From Candidatus Micrarchaeota archaeon (GTDB lineage: Archaea > Micrarchaeota > Micrarchaeia > Micrarchaeales > Micrarchaeaceae), in NCBI GenBank assembly GCA_021817565.1, contig JAKAUP010000007.1, forward strand, positions 152,497 through 216,496: a stretch of DNA of 64,000 bases, in the 5' to 3' direction. The position numbers and the translations under genes are program-made. Under the pieces are notes generated by a model. It searched no databases. It saw only the letters and a program-made list of their open reading frames with translations, and was not told the origin of the DNA. How positions within the stretch are numbered: the first letter of the stretch is position 1; each line of letters opens with the position of its first letter. Shown piece by piece: positions 17,640-27,912 of this stretch.

Positions 17640-18218
17640 CTATTTCGAAATGTTTTTTATGCAGAATACGAGGTAGGCGGTATGCCATACCCCTTTTGTG
17701 GAAGGCCTTACCCCTGCCTCTCTGACAAGCATATCCCTTATTATGACCTCTAATGCGCATATCTCGACAAAACCGCACTTTTCAGCTTTAAGCACGAACT
17801 TCTTCATCTGTTCCGTATGGGGAAGATATCCGGCAAGCGTACCGCCTTCCTTCAAAGCCTTCCATGCATGCCTTACAGCTTTCTCAGAGTTGGGCATGTC
17901 CAGCACAACAAGATCCACATCCCTCTCACGTATGCCTTTAGTGATGTCTGCATGCCTTATCTCTACATTATCCAGGCCGAACATGTTTATATTCCTTTGC
18001 GCAATCTCTATGAAGTCGTCCCTTATCTCATAGGTATATACCTTTTTTGATATGCGCGCAAGCGAAACGGCCATCCATCCGCTTCCAGTGCCCGCATCAA
18101 CGCAGACGCTATCCTTCCCTACTCCAGAGTAGCTTATTATTATACCTATGTCCTTCGGAAGTATTATCTGCGGTCCTCTCTTCATCCTCTTATATATCCC
18201 TGGCCTAAGCACATCCAA
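17640..18218 (-). CDS. trmI: tRNA (adenine-N1)-methyltransferase TrmI (Gcd14 family)
   Basis: RGPQIILPKDIGIIISYSGV...VCVDAGTGSGWMAVSLA...VVLDMP is the TrmI/Gcd14 pattern. Its start abuts the topoisomerase stop. Confidence 0.8.
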   Translation of the reverse strand: MDVLRPGIYKRMKRGPQIILPKDIGIIISYSGVGKDSVCVDAGTGSGWMAVSLARISKKVYTYEIRDDFIEIAQRNINMFGLDNVEIRHADITKGIRERDVDLVVLDMPNSEKAVRHAWKALKEGGTLAGYLPHTEQMKKFVLKAEKCGFVEICALEVIIRDMLVREAGVRPSTKGVWHTAYLVFCIKNISK

Positions 18219-20426
18219 TCAATCAGCCTTTTTTCTGGTCTTACCTGCCTTCTTGCCATCTCTTTTCGGCTTTCCTGCGTTTTTCTTCTTCCCCTTCACA
18301 ATCCTTCCCTTTCCATCATCGCCCATGCTCTTTTCCTCTACAGCTTTTTTTGGAGCTGCCCCTTCTTTCTTCGGGAAAATGATTGTGTGTTCGGTACATG
18401 CAGGATCAAGATCTATATCGAATGGCGGCTTCCCCTTCCTTATAATCCTCACAAATGGTGTATTGCACGCCTTGCATACGTTCCCAGTAGGCATTATCTT
18501 GGCATTTTGCGGAAGGGGATATGTGTTCGTGCACTTCGGATATGCGGAACACGCAACGAACTGCTTGCCTATCTTCGACCTCCTTATAACGAGCGCGCTC
18601 CCGCATTTCGGACATTTCCCGACAGTGTTCGCCTCCATGAAGTTCTCTCCCATGTCCTTTGCGATATTCTCCTTGTTCCTGTCAAACATCTCTATCGCTT
18701 TAAGGAGTATCTCCTTTCCCTCGGCTACAACCTCCTCCTCTTTCTTCTCTCCCTTTGATATGCGTTCCATATCCTCTTCCAGCTGGCGTGTCGTCTCCAC
18801 GCTCATTATCATTCCGCAGTTCCTGGAGAGGGCGTTGTATACCGACATGCCGAACTTCGTGACTCTTATCTGGCCTCCCTCTATGTAATTCCTCCTGAAA
18901 AGGGTATCTATTATGCTCGCCCTTGTCGCCTTCGTTCCGAGATTCATCCGTTCCAGTTCTGCTATCAGTCCTGCCTTTGTAAACCTCTTTTTTGGTTTTG
19001 TCTCCAGTTCCTCCATCTTAACCTCTTCACATGCGCACCTTTCTGACTCGACGAACTGCTCCATCGCCTTTCCAATCTCGTTTTCCGTGCTTACAAAATG
19101 GTATATTTCCATCCATCCTTTCTTAGTGACGAGTGTTGCCGAAGCAGAATACTTCTCCTTTCCGATATCCGAGTTCATCGAAAGTCTTAATGTATCGGCA
19201 GGTTCAGCAAAGCATGATAAGAACCTTCTTGTTATCAGGTCATAGAGTGCCTCTTCCTCCTTAGATAACTTTTTGGGCTCTATGCCTGTAGGGAATATCG
19301 CCGGGTGCGCCTCATCAGCCTTCTTTCCCTGCACAGGCCTGAATGCCCTTCTCGAGATTATCCCTTCCGCATATTTTTTGTACGCATTGTTCTTGCCTAT
19401 TTCCTCAATTATCCTTTGCAATCCAAGCGTAGGCGGAAGCTTCTGCGAGGACGTCCTTGGATACGATATGTAAGACCTCTCATAGAGCGCCTGTGCGGTC
19501 GCAAGCGTCGCAGAAGGATCCATTCTCAAAACCCTGCTTGCCTCAAGCTGCAACGAGGTAAGGTCGAATGCAGGGTAAGGATACCTCTTTACCTCTTCCC
19601 TGCTGATCTTCGTTATCACCGCAGCATTCTTGTTTCTTAGCGACTCTCCGTATGCCGTATCCGCATCCTCCTTCTTGAATATCTCCCCGCGGTCGTTTGT
19701 GAACCTCACTCCTTTGATTTCGGCGTAGACTTTCCAATACGGCTCCGGCTTGAAGTTACTTATCTCAATCTCCCTTGCGGCAAGCACAGACAACGTCGGT
19801 CCTTGTACCCTGCCTATGCTGAGCGACTTCCCCTTCTCGTATTTTCTAAGCGCGCTGGTCAGTGCCCTGCTCAAGTTTATCCCCCACAGCCAGTCTATAA
19901 CGTGCCTGGCCTCCCCTGCCTTGAAATTCAGCGTATCCGTTTCCCCGGCAGTATCATAAGATTCTATCAGGTCTGGTATGGTGGTCGTGGAAAATTTCAT
20001 GCGCCTTGCCTTATTCCCGAAACGTTCAGGATCTTCGCCAGTAACGCTCTTTATGATGTTCGTGCCTATTACCGTACCTTCGAGGTCATAGTCGCAGGCA
20101 TTGATAAAAGAGTCGCACTTTGCCCCAACCTCCTTTATCACATCAAGATAGCCCTTTGTGAAATACGATGATTTGTTTATCTTGTAAGACGGTTCCCATT
20201 TCACGTCCAACACTGGATAGTCCTTCTTATCTCCGTTCTGGCTTATGGTAAACAGGTGGCCGACTGCAGCAACCACATATATATCCCCTTCCGGCCTCCT
20301 TAAGTAGTAATACCCTACATGCCCGCTTCCCATCCTTTTCTGCTGGCTGTTTCCCAGCGCAATCGCTATTCTGAGCGCCACGCTGGGCTTTTCGGCAATG
20401 AGCAAAATATTATGCGGCATTCTCAT
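18219..20426 (-). CDS. topA: Type IA DNA topoisomerase (TopA) with C-terminal zinc ribbons and a lysine-rich tail
   Basis: Toprim start LLIAEKPSVALRIA, a catalytic region YISYPRTSSQKL, zinc ribbons CPKCGSALVIRRSKIGKQFVACSAYPKC and CKACNTPF, and a tail GKKKNAGKPKRDGKKAGKTRKKAD. Confidence 0.9.
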   Translation of the reverse strand: MRMPHNILLIAEKPSVALRIAIALGNSQQKRMGSGHVGYYYLRRPEGDIYVVAAVGHLFTISQNGDKKDYPVLDVKWEPSYKINKSSYFTKGYLDVIKEVGAKCDSFINACDYDLEGTVIGTNIIKSVTGEDPERFGNKARRMKFSTTTIPDLIESYDTAGETDTLNFKAGEARHVIDWLWGINLSRALTSALRKYEKGKSLSIGRVQGPTLSVLAAREIEISNFKPEPYWKVYAEIKGVRFTNDRGEIFKKEDADTAYGESLRNKNAAVITKISREEVKRYPYPAFDLTSLQLEASRVLRMDPSATLATAQALYERSYISYPRTSSQKLPPTLGLQRIIEEIGKNNAYKKYAEGIISRRAFRPVQGKKADEAHPAIFPTGIEPKKLSKEEEALYDLITRRFLSCFAEPADTLRLSMNSDIGKEKYSASATLVTKKGWMEIYHFVSTENEIGKAMEQFVESERCACEEVKMEELETKPKKRFTKAGLIAELERMNLGTKATRASIIDTLFRRNYIEGGQIRVTKFGMSVYNALSRNCGMIMSVETTRQLEEDMERISKGEKKEEEVVAEGKEILLKAIEMFDRNKENIAKDMGENFMEANTVGKCPKCGSALVIRRSKIGKQFVACSAYPKCTNTYPLPQNAKIMPTGNVCKACNTPFVRIIRKGKPPFDIDLDPACTEHTIIFPKKEGAAPKKAVEEKSMGDDGKGRIVKGKKKNAGKPKRDGKKAGKTRKKAD

Positions 20427-20662
20427 CTTCTCTTTTTCCTGCTTTTGGGCTTTTTGGCGGCAAATAAACTACTCGTATACGCATCTGCAGCCCTCTTTTC
20501 TTCAGATATTATCCAGAAGTTTACAATACCTACAACAAAGGCAACAACCCCTACAAAATAAAAGAGGTAACTTCCTCCCGTATATATAAATATTAACACC
20601 GCAAATGCTATCAGGACAAGCGTAAGTATGGAAAGATGTAGCGGATTCCTAATATCAAACAT
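20423..20662 (-). CDS. Small two-TM membrane protein with basic C-terminus (hypothetical)
   Basis: 79 aa with two hydrophobic helices and a tail KKPKSRKKRR. It has a 4-nt overlap with the topA start. No family recognised. Confidence 0.4.
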   Translation of the reverse strand: MFDIRNPLHLSILTLVLIAFAVLIFIYTGGSYLFYFVGVVAFVVGIVNFWIISEEKRAADAYTSSLFAAKKPKSRKKRR

Positions 20663-20678
20663 CGAATCACGTGCTTAG

Positions 20679-21038
20679 ATGGGTATATACATAATCATAT
20701 TTATAACACTTATCGCAGCATTTATCGTCTCTCTGTCGCAGATACTTTTCAAAAAAGGACTATCTGGAAAAAGGATAAACGCACTGAACATAATCGGCAC
20801 AATACTCCGTTCAAGGCAGGTGTTGACGGGCGCATTAGGATACTTCGTCAGCCTAGGTGTATACCTGATAGCGCTTAAGTCTGCACCCCTATCCATAGTA
20901 TATCCGATTTTTGCAAGCAGTTTCATATTTGTCACGCTGCTCTCCTCCTTCTTCCTAAAGGAACGACTCTCGTGGACGAGGATACTCGGAATCGTGTTCA
21001 TATTCCTGGGCATACTTGTAATATCATTATCGTACTGA
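20679..21038 (+). CDS. Small EamA/SMR-like (DMT superfamily) membrane protein, first of a tandem pair
   Basis: 119 aa with 4 predicted TM helices and a single EamA-like half-domain (SAPLSIVYPIFASSFIFVTLLSSFFLKERLSWTRILGIVFIFLGI), similar in layout to ArnE/ArnF-type pairs. Confidence 0.55.
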   Translation: MGIYIIIFITLIAAFIVSLSQILFKKGLSGKRINALNIIGTILRSRQVLTGALGYFVSLGVYLIALKSAPLSIVYPIFASSFIFVTLLSSFFLKERLSWTRILGIVFIFLGILVISLSY

Positions 21039-21042
21039 TCAT

Positions 21043-21363
21043 ATGTCGAAAAAAAAGGAGAATCTGCTGTTGCTCGTGGTTTCCACGCTTTTGGGAGCGG
21101 TCGCGCAATTGGTCTTCAAGATATCGCTCAATTCTGGGGAAATGCTCTTGTTGGTTCTGGGGGTTGGTATATACCTAGTATCGAGCCTGATATACCTGTA
21201 TGTAATATCAAGGGCGCACTTGAGCTGGGCATACGGCGTAGGCGGTCTGAGCTACATATTCGCGGTGCTGCTCGCGGCCCTCTTCATAGAGGAGGTGCCG
21301 GTCATAAGGTGGGTCGGGGTAGGCATCATAGCGATAGGCGTATTCCTCATATCGGCAAGCTGA
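21043..21363 (+). CDS. Small EamA/SMR-like membrane protein, second of the pair
   Basis: 106 aa with 4 TM helices (AHLSWAYGVGGLSYIFAVLLAALFIEEVPVIRWVGVGIIAIGVFLI). It starts 4 nt after its paralogue, so a heterodimer is likely. Confidence 0.55.
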   Translation: MSKKKENLLLLVVSTLLGAVAQLVFKISLNSGEMLLLVLGVGIYLVSSLIYLYVISRAHLSWAYGVGGLSYIFAVLLAALFIEEVPVIRWVGVGIIAIGVFLISAS

Positions 21364-21418
21364 AGCGCTCCTTGAAAAAAGTAAAAGAAATGGTAGAGAA
21401 GTGCGCACAATTACAACC

Positions 21419-21430
21419 TATATATAAATT
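21419..21430 (+). promoter_or_regulatory. TATA-like box plus GGTG ribosome-binding site ahead of the ATP synthase operon
   Basis: tatatataaatt sits ~40 nt upstream of ATG 21467, and aggtg at 21457-21461 lies 5 nt before that ATG. Confidence 0.35.
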
Positions 21431-21466
21431 ACTTTCACACATATATAACGAATCTTAGGTGTGATT

Positions 21467-21697
21467 ATGGTAGTAGCTACTGTGAGTCCTTTGTACGCTG
21501 TTGCGGCATCCATTGCCATCGCAGGTGGACTAATAGGAACTGGAATGGCGCAGCAGGGAATAGGCGCTGCAGGTATGGGTATCATAGCGGAAAAGCCGGA
21601 AAAATTCGGGCAGGTGCTGTTTTTCTTCGTAATACCGGAAACCTTGTGGATAATCGGTTTCGTTCTCGGGCTTATATTGCTTTTGCAGATTCTCTAA
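21467..21697 (+). CDS. atpK: A-type ATP synthase subunit K (proteolipid c)
   Basis: A two-helix hairpin with glycine-rich helix 1 (AIAGGLIGTGMAQQGIGAAGMG) and the ion-binding carboxylate in FFFVIPETLWI. An alternative GTG start lies at 21461. Confidence 0.85.
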   Translation: MVVATVSPLYAVAASIAIAGGLIGTGMAQQGIGAAGMGIIAEKPEKFGQVLFFFVIPETLWIIGFVLGLILLLQIL

Positions 21698-21705
21698 GGG
21701 ATTAG

Positions 21706-22320
21706 ATGGCTCTCGAGGAGGTAATAAAGAGTATAAACCTCGATGCAAAGAAAAAAGCGGAAGTACTGCTGGAGCGCGCAGCATCCGAGTCGGAGAAGGT
21801 AATACGAGAGGCGAAAGAGAAGGCGGCATCAGATTTGGAAAAGGCAAAGTCAGAGGCGGAATCGGATGCGAAGTCCGAAAAGGAGAGGGCCATGCTTTCA
21901 AAGAGGATGGAGCTGAACCGGGAGTACTACAGGAAGCTGAACAGCACGATAAACGAGACAAAGACTGAGATGCGGGAGCATGCAAACGAACTAAGAAACG
22001 GTGAAACATACGGGAAATTGCTAGGTGAGCTCTACAGAAGGGCCGTCTCACAGCTCGGGGAGGGATGCGTGGTGCATGCAAGGCCTGAGGACCTCCGCTC
22101 AATCAGCGCCTCAAAAAGCAGCAAGCTCGTGCCAGACAACAGCATCGTCGGCGGCATTATATGCAGCTCAGAGGACGGATCTGTAGGCATAGACTATTCA
22201 CTGAACGGGATCATGGATAAGCTGAACGAGGGGATAACCCTCGCAGTATCGGAGTCTGCAACAAGAGGGGAAGAGAGACCAAACGCAAAGAAACGAGGAG
22301 GCCGCGGAAAGAAGGCATAA
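21706..22320 (+). CDS. atpE: A-type ATP synthase subunit E
   Basis: A long charged N-terminal helix (EEVIKSINLDAKKKAEVLLERAASESEKVIREAKEKA...) followed by a globular C-domain. Its position in the operon fits. There is an extra basic tail KKRGGRGKKA. Confidence 0.8.
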   Translation: MALEEVIKSINLDAKKKAEVLLERAASESEKVIREAKEKAASDLEKAKSEAESDAKSEKERAMLSKRMELNREYYRKLNSTINETKTEMREHANELRNGETYGKLLGELYRRAVSQLGEGCVVHARPEDLRSISASKSSKLVPDNSIVGGIICSSEDGSVGIDYSLNGIMDKLNEGITLAVSESATRGEERPNAKKRGGRGKKA

Positions 22321-22330
22321 GTGGTATCGG

Positions 22331-23386
22331 ATGGACAACACATTTACCGGAAAGTACGGGAACCTGAGGGCAGCGAGCCTCAACTTCCTCTCAAAGAACT
22401 TCATAGAGGAGCTTCTGAAGAAGGAGCAGGGGGATTTCATTCCTTCCCTTTCCCGGACCAACTACAAGCACGAAATAGACCGGCTGATAAACATGTATCC
22501 GATGCCGGATTCTGTGGAGGTGATAATAAACAGCCACATGGTCGGTTCGCTTTCCAACGCCTACGCCATGATGCCACCGCTTGCACGGGATTTCGTAAGG
22601 GCGTATTCCGCGAAGTGGGACATAGAGAACATCAAGGGAATACTCTCTGCAAAGGCGTCAGGGTATGAGCTTTCCCAGACGGAATCGTTCCTTGTGGTGC
22701 AACAGAACAACCCAATATCTACAATCAGCGGTTCCATAACGGCGCAACAGTACTCAGAGATGCTCGGGTTAGGCGGCGTTGAAGAGATAATAAACTACCT
22801 CGTCCGTTTCGGGTACGGGGCAATCATGCTGAAGAGTATAGACGAGTACCGGAACACGCGCGACCTGTCATCCATGTTTCTTGCTCTTGACATGCACTAC
22901 TACTCAAACTTGCTACAGAGCCTGAGGTTCTACAACGGGGACGAGTGGCAGGCATCGGCATTCGTGCGCGAGCTCATAGACTGGAAGAACATCATCTCTG
23001 TAATAAAAGCCACAAGCTTCGGAAAGCATGAAGGAAAGGGATTCGCAATAGGCGGCGGCAACATACGCGAGGAACATATATACACCATGACAGGAAAGGA
23101 AATACAGTCGCTAAAAGGGGACATACCATACGAGATAGATTGGGCGTTCGAGGCGTATAAGTCGGATCCTCTCATAATATACTTTGACTCTGCAATAAAA
23201 AGGGCGATATATAAAAAGTATCTGAAGATGTTCGGCTCTTCGCCATCATCGTTGTCATACATCATGAGGTTTATACTAAGATGCGAGATAGAGAGAGACG
23301 ACCTGCGTTCGATATGGCTCATCAAGCATTACGGTATAAAAGGGTTGAGAGCGGAATCCACAATAACGACAAGTTATATCGAATAA
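22331..23386 (+). CDS. atpC: A-type ATP synthase subunit C (V-type d homologue)
   Basis: 351-aa all-helical protein lying between E and F. The start YGNLRAASLNFLSKNFIEELL parallels the conserved N-terminus of AtpC. Confidence 0.8.
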   Translation: MDNTFTGKYGNLRAASLNFLSKNFIEELLKKEQGDFIPSLSRTNYKHEIDRLINMYPMPDSVEVIINSHMVGSLSNAYAMMPPLARDFVRAYSAKWDIENIKGILSAKASGYELSQTESFLVVQQNNPISTISGSITAQQYSEMLGLGGVEEIINYLVRFGYGAIMLKSIDEYRNTRDLSSMFLALDMHYYSNLLQSLRFYNGDEWQASAFVRELIDWKNIISVIKATSFGKHEGKGFAIGGGNIREEHIYTMTGKEIQSLKGDIPYEIDWAFEAYKSDPLIIYFDSAIKRAIYKKYLKMFGSSPSSLSYIMRFILRCEIERDDLRSIWLIKHYGIKGLRAESTITTSYIE

Positions 23387-23396
23387 GTGTATAGGG

Positions 23397-23732
23397 ATGA
23401 ACGGAAAAATCGGGATAGTGGCGGAAAGGTACATAAGCATGGGATTCGAGTTGGTAGGGATAAAGGACGTCTTCATAAGGAGCGGGCAGGAAGCCGCATC
23501 GACGGTCGACCATCTTATATCCCAGAACGAGTACGCTTTGATAGTGTGCGAGGAGAAAATCAAGGAGAGCATGGAGGGGGCGCGAGTCAGGGAGCTGGAG
23601 ACATCAATCAACCCCTTGGTAATATTCATACCCTCTTACGGCGCATCCGGAAACACGGAAAGCGTTAGCGTTATGGCGAAGAGAATACTTGGAGTTAAGA
23701 TAGGAAACATTGGTGAGAAAAATGAGCGGTAA
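23397..23732 (+). CDS. atpF: A-type ATP synthase subunit F
   Basis: 111 aa, KIGIVAERYISMGFELVGIKDVF..., lying immediately before the A subunit. Confidence 0.8.
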   Translation: MNGKIGIVAERYISMGFELVGIKDVFIRSGQEAASTVDHLISQNEYALIVCEEKIKESMEGARVRELETSINPLVIFIPSYGASGNTESVSVMAKRILGVKIGNIGEKNER

Positions 23733-25467
23733 GATATACAGGGTATCAGGACCTGTGGTTATATCGGTTGGACTCGAGAATCCGAGCATGTACGACGTGG
23801 TTAAGGTTGGTAAGCTTGGGCTTATAGGCGAGATAATAAAAATAGATGGAGAAAGGTCAATCATACAGGTTTATGAGGACACGACGGGAATAAGGCCTGG
23901 GGAGGTGGTGGAAAATACGCACTCACAGCTTTCAGTAACGCTGGGTCCAGGGCTTCTCGGCTCGATATACGACGGAATACAGCGTCCGCTTGACAAGATA
24001 AAGGAAGAGAGCGGCGATTTCATAGAAAGAGGCGTAACCGCTGTGCCGATAGACCAGCAAAGGCGTTGGCACTTTGTCCCTAAAGTGAATAACAACACAG
24101 AAGTAGCTGGGGGAGACATCATAGGTGAGGTGAGGGAAACAGAGCTCATAATGCACAAGATCATGGTTCCAGTAGGGATAGCAGGCACAATCAGCGGATT
24201 AAAGGAAGGGGATTACACAGTGGAAGAGCGCATAGCCGCGGTCAGCAAAGGTGGCAAGAGCAGCGAGATAAGGCTCTCCCAAAAGTGGAACGTCAGGTCG
24301 CACAGGCCCGTGCGCGAGAAGATAGCGCCTAACATGCCCCTCATTACCGGACAGAGGGTTATAGACTCGCTCTTCCCGGTCGCAAAGGGCGGAACGGCAG
24401 CAGTACCCGGACCATTCGGGTCAGGCAAGACAGTAATACAGCAGCAGCTGGCGAAGTGGTCTGACGCTGACGTGATTGTGTATGTTGGATGCGGCGAACG
24501 CGGGAACGAGATGGCGGACATACTCATGACCTTTCCAGAGCTATCGGATCCCAAATCCGGGAAGCCAATCATGCAAAGGACCATACTCATAGCAAACACC
24601 TCGAACATGCCAGTGGCCGCAAGGGAGGCAAGCATATACACTGGGATAACCATAGCTGAATACTACAGGGACATGGGATACAGCGTAGCGCTCATGTCCG
24701 ACAGCACATCAAGATGGGCAGAGGCGCTGAGGGAAATATCTGGGAGACTGGAAGAGATGCCCGGTGAAGAAGGGTACCCTGCATACCTTGGGAGAAGGAT
24801 AGCAGAATTCTATGAAAGGGCGGGGATGTCGACGCTGCTCAACGGCCTTACAGGTTCCATAACAGTCATAGGCGCGGTATCGCCCCCAGGCGGAGACATA
24901 TCCGAACCGGTCTCGCAGAACACGCTAAGGGCGACCAGGGTTTTCTGGGCGCTCGATTCTTCGCTCGCAAATGCGCGTCATTTCCCATCCATAAACTGGC
25001 TGAACAGCTACTCGCTGTACACAGACGATTTGGAGGAGTGGTACTCGAAAAACATATACGAGGACTGGGATAAGGTCTACAAACGATGCATGTCAATACT
25101 TCAGAAGGAGGCGGAGATAAAGGACATAGTGCAGCTTGTAGGTTATGACGCGCTGCCGGAAGAGGACAAATTAACGCTGGAGGCCGCGCAGTCAATAAGG
25201 GAGGACTTCCTCCAACAGAGCGCATACGACGAGGTCGACACATACACGACCATAAAGAAGCAGGGTTTGATGTTGAGGTGCATCATAGCGATTGACGAAG
25301 CATACAGGGTCGCATCAGAAAGGGGGGTAAGCATAGAAGAGCTGAGGAAGAACCCGGTAAGACAGAAGATATCAAGAATGAAGTTTATACCTGAAGACGA
25401 GGTGGAAGGATACTGCGCAAGTATCATGCAGGACGCGGAGCAGATAAAAGGCAAGGCGCATAAATAG
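23722..25467 (+). CDS. atpA: A-type ATP synthase catalytic subunit A
   Basis: [14 protein letters not shown]..., P-loop GPFGSGKTV, and [27 protein letters not shown]. The length is normal at ~581 aa, so there is no intein. It overlaps atpF by 11 nt. Confidence 0.95.
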   Translation: MSGKIYRVSGPVVISVGLENPSMYDVVKVGKLGLIGEIIKIDGERSIIQVYEDTTGIRPGEVVENTHSQLSVTLGPGLLGSIYDGIQRPLDKIKEESGDFIERGVTAVPIDQQRRWHFVPKVNNNTEVAGGDIIGEVRETELIMHKIMVPVGIAGTISGLKEGDYTVEERIAAVSKGGKSSEIRLSQKWNVRSHRPVREKIAPNMPLITGQRVIDSLFPVAKGGTAAVPGPFGSGKTVIQQQLAKWSDADVIVYVGCGERGNEMADILMTFPELSDPKSGKPIMQRTILIANTSNMPVAAREASIYTGITIAEYYRDMGYSVALMSDSTSRWAEALREISGRLEEMPGEEGYPAYLGRRIAEFYERAGMSTLLNGLTGSITVIGAVSPPGGDISEPVSQNTLRATRVFWALDSSLANARHFPSINWLNSYSLYTDDLEEWYSKNIYEDWDKVYKRCMSILQKEAEIKDIVQLVGYDALPEEDKLTLEAAQSIREDFLQQSAYDEVDTYTTIKKQGLMLRCIIAIDEAYRVASERGVSIEELRKNPVRQKISRMKFIPEDEVEGYCASIMQDAEQIKGKAHK

Positions 25468-25475
25468 GTGTTTTG

Positions 25476-26873
25476 ATGGGAGATGTATACTACAAGACAA
25501 TAAACAAGATAACAAGCGTGCTTCTGTTCGTTGAAGGGATAAAGGACGCGGCTTATGGGGAGGTGGCTGAGGTAAGGCTGGAAGATGGACGTTCAGTGAA
25601 CGGGCAGGTATTGGACAGCAGAGAAGGCCTCACAATCATACAGTCCTTTGGGGATACGAGAAGCATGAACCTGAAGCACACAAGCGTAAAGTTCAGCGGA
25701 AGGGCGGCAACGCTGAAGGTGGGAACTGACATGCTCGGAAGGGTATTCGACGGATTGGGGAGACCGAGGGACGAAGGCCCGCCAATAAAGAGCGACGAGG
25801 AATTGGAGATAAACGGGAGCGCGATAAATCCATACTCCCGGGAAGAGCCATCAGAGTTCATACAAACCGGGATATCCACCATAGACTGCATGAATACGCT
25901 TGTGCGCGGGCAGAAGCTCCCAATATTCTCTGGAGCCGGACTTCCGCACAACAAGCTTGCCGCACAGATAGCAAGGCAGGCGAAGCTAAGAAACGAGAGC
26001 GAAGGATTTGCGGTTGTTTTTGGGGGCATGGGAATAAACAGCGAAGAGGCAAACTTCTTCAAGAAGGAGTTTGAGAGCACAGGCGCGATGGAGAAATCGG
26101 TCATGTTCCTTAACCTATCGTCGGAGCCGTCTATGGAACGGATCATACTTCCAAGGCTCGTGCTTACAACTGCGGAATATCTGGCGTACAATCAAGGTAT
26201 GCACGTACTTGCTATACTTACGGACATGACCAACTACTGCGAGGCGCTGAGGGAGGTGTCGGCAGCGAGGGAAGAGGTGCCGGGAAGGAGGGGATTCCCC
26301 GGATACATGTACACGGACCTATCGACAATCTACGAGCGTGCAGGGAAGATAAAGGGAAGGAACGGTTCAATAACGCAGATGCCGATACTAACAATGCCCA
26401 ACGACGACATAACACATCCGATACCGGACCTTACGGGCTACATAACAGAGGGGCAGGTCGTGCTGAGCCGTGAGCTCTACAGGAAGGGCGTATATCCCAA
26501 TGTGAACGTACTGCCATCACTCTCGCGTCTCATGAACCAAGGGATAGGCAAAAAGTCGACGCGCGAAGACCACAGAAATGTGGCGGACCAGCTATACGCA
26601 GCATACGCAAGAGGCATAGACGTGGGCAATCTGATAGAGATTGTCGGTTCAGAGGCACTAACAGACTCCGACAAGAAATACCTCAAGTTTGCAGAGAGTT
26701 TCGAAAAGAAGTTTGTAAGGCAGGACTACTATGAGGATAGGGACATAGAGAAGACGCTTGACATAAGCTGGGACCTCATGGGCAACCTAGATGTGGGAGA
26801 GATGAAGAGGCTGAAGCCCGAGCATATAAAGAAGTATGGGGAGTGGGAAGATGTACAACGTGAAGCTCACTAG
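25476..26873 (+). CDS. atpB: A-type ATP synthase subunit B
   Basis: [61 protein letters not shown]. Confidence 0.95.
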   Translation: MGDVYYKTINKITSVLLFVEGIKDAAYGEVAEVRLEDGRSVNGQVLDSREGLTIIQSFGDTRSMNLKHTSVKFSGRAATLKVGTDMLGRVFDGLGRPRDEGPPIKSDEELEINGSAINPYSREEPSEFIQTGISTIDCMNTLVRGQKLPIFSGAGLPHNKLAAQIARQAKLRNESEGFAVVFGGMGINSEEANFFKKEFESTGAMEKSVMFLNLSSEPSMERIILPRLVLTTAEYLAYNQGMHVLAILTDMTNYCEALREVSAAREEVPGRRGFPGYMYTDLSTIYERAGKIKGRNGSITQMPILTMPNDDITHPIPDLTGYITEGQVVLSRELYRKGVYPNVNVLPSLSRLMNQGIGKKSTREDHRNVADQLYAAYARGIDVGNLIEIVGSEALTDSDKKYLKFAESFEKKFVRQDYYEDRDIEKTLDISWDLMGNLDVGEMKRLKPEHIKKYGEWEDVQREAH

Positions 26874-27474
26874 ATTGGAGATGATGCGCACCAAGTCGAG
26901 GATAAAGATAGCAAAGCGTGGGCTCGAGCTCCTGAAGATGAAGCGCGCCAGCCTAGTGCTCGCGTTTTTCAATATGGTAAACGAGATCAGATTGCTCAAG
27001 GTCGACCTTTATAAGACGATGGACGATGCGGAGGATAGGATAAAGATAGCGGAGATGTATTCCGGAAAGATAAGGCTCGAAGGGATAGCGATAGAGCAGA
27101 GCAAGATAGGGGTATCTGTGGAGGCCAAGAACATCATGGGGGTAAAGATACCAAACGTGAAGCTTGAGGAAAGGACTAGGGAGAACGTGCCGTATGAGCT
27201 GATCTCAATCCCTTCCGCAGTGTACGATGCAAAGGAGAGCTTCGAGAGGGCATTCCATACGTTGATAGAGATAGCGGAGAAGGAAAACTCGCTAAGGAAA
27301 CTGCTCAAGGAGATAGAGAAGCTTAACAGGAGATCCAACGCCATAGAGAACGTGGCTGTGCCTAAGATGGAGGGTATCGTGAGATACATAGGCCAGGGTT
27401 TGGAGGACATAGAGAGGGATCAGCTGGTTTCGTTAAAGTTCATAAAAGGTAAGATAAATGCTGAAGCAGGATGA
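26851..27474 (+). CDS. atpD: A-type ATP synthase subunit D (central stalk)
   Basis: [35 protein letters not shown]... is the typical AtpD N-terminus. An alternative ATG lies at 26836. It overlaps the end of atpB. Confidence 0.9.
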   Translation: MYNVKLTRLEMMRTKSRIKIAKRGLELLKMKRASLVLAFFNMVNEIRLLKVDLYKTMDDAEDRIKIAEMYSGKIRLEGIAIEQSKIGVSVEAKNIMGVKIPNVKLEERTRENVPYELISIPSAVYDAKESFERAFHTLIEIAEKENSLRKLLKEIEKLNRRSNAIENVAVPKMEGIVRYIGQGLEDIERDQLVSLKFIKGKINAEAG

Positions 27475-27582
27475 TGGTAAAAAGGCAGTGAGAAGATTCA
27501 GGGTGATACGGACGGCATTTATGCTGTTCAACATATCCGTTTCAATACTGCTTATAATGATGTTTGTAATGCGGTTGTTTTG

Positions 27583-27900
27583 ATGGGCGGACTAGATACT
27601 TTGGAGAGAATAAAAAAGGCGGAGGAGGAAGCGCAGCTCGGAGTCTCAAGAGCGGAAGAAGAGTATAAAAAGGAAATAGAGCAGGCAAAGCGCGCCGCGC
27701 AAGAGATAATCAGCAAGGCGGAAGAAGGGAAAAGGCAGCTCAGGGAGAGGATAATGGCGCAGTCAAGAATGGAAATAGACGAAGAGACAGAAAGGTTAAA
27801 GGAAGACTACAAGAAAAGGATAGCCTCTATAAGGAAGCCAAGCAAGGAAGAGGAGATCTGGATCCTAGAAGAAGAGATAAAGAGATTCTTCGGTGTATGA
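27583..27900 (+). CDS. atpH: A-type ATP synthase subunit H (peripheral stalk)
   Basis: ~105-aa single charged helix (LERIKKAEEEAQLGVSRAEEEYKKEIEQAKRAAQEIISKAEEGK) directly upstream of subunit I. Confidence 0.65.
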   Translation: MGGLDTLERIKKAEEEAQLGVSRAEEEYKKEIEQAKRAAQEIISKAEEGKRQLRERIMAQSRMEIDEETERLKEDYKKRIASIRKPSKEEEIWILEEEIKRFFGV

Positions 27901-27912
27901 TGGGGTATAAAG

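Noticed and set aside
18148-18888. Long antisense ORFs opposite strong genes (18148-18888 versus topA; also 9578-10426 versus polX, 34762-35436 versus the ABC ATPase, 36452-37258 versus dnaG, 30516-31379, 38699-39349, 59334-59885, 61827-62285)
   Set aside because: In each case the opposite strand carries a protein with clear family motifs. The antisense products are Ser/Pro/Leu/Phe-rich with no motifs.
21530-22102. 190-aa Pro/Ser/Arg-rich minus-strand ORF across atpK/atpE
   Set aside because: It is an antisense shadow of two well-supported ATP synthase genes, and its composition is typical of out-of-frame translation.
23722-25467. Intein in AtpA (as in Thermoplasma) or in PolD DP2
   Set aside because: AtpA is of normal length (~581 aa) and continuous through the P-loop region. 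The visible 842 codons of DP2 show no Cys/Ser...HN splice-junction insert.
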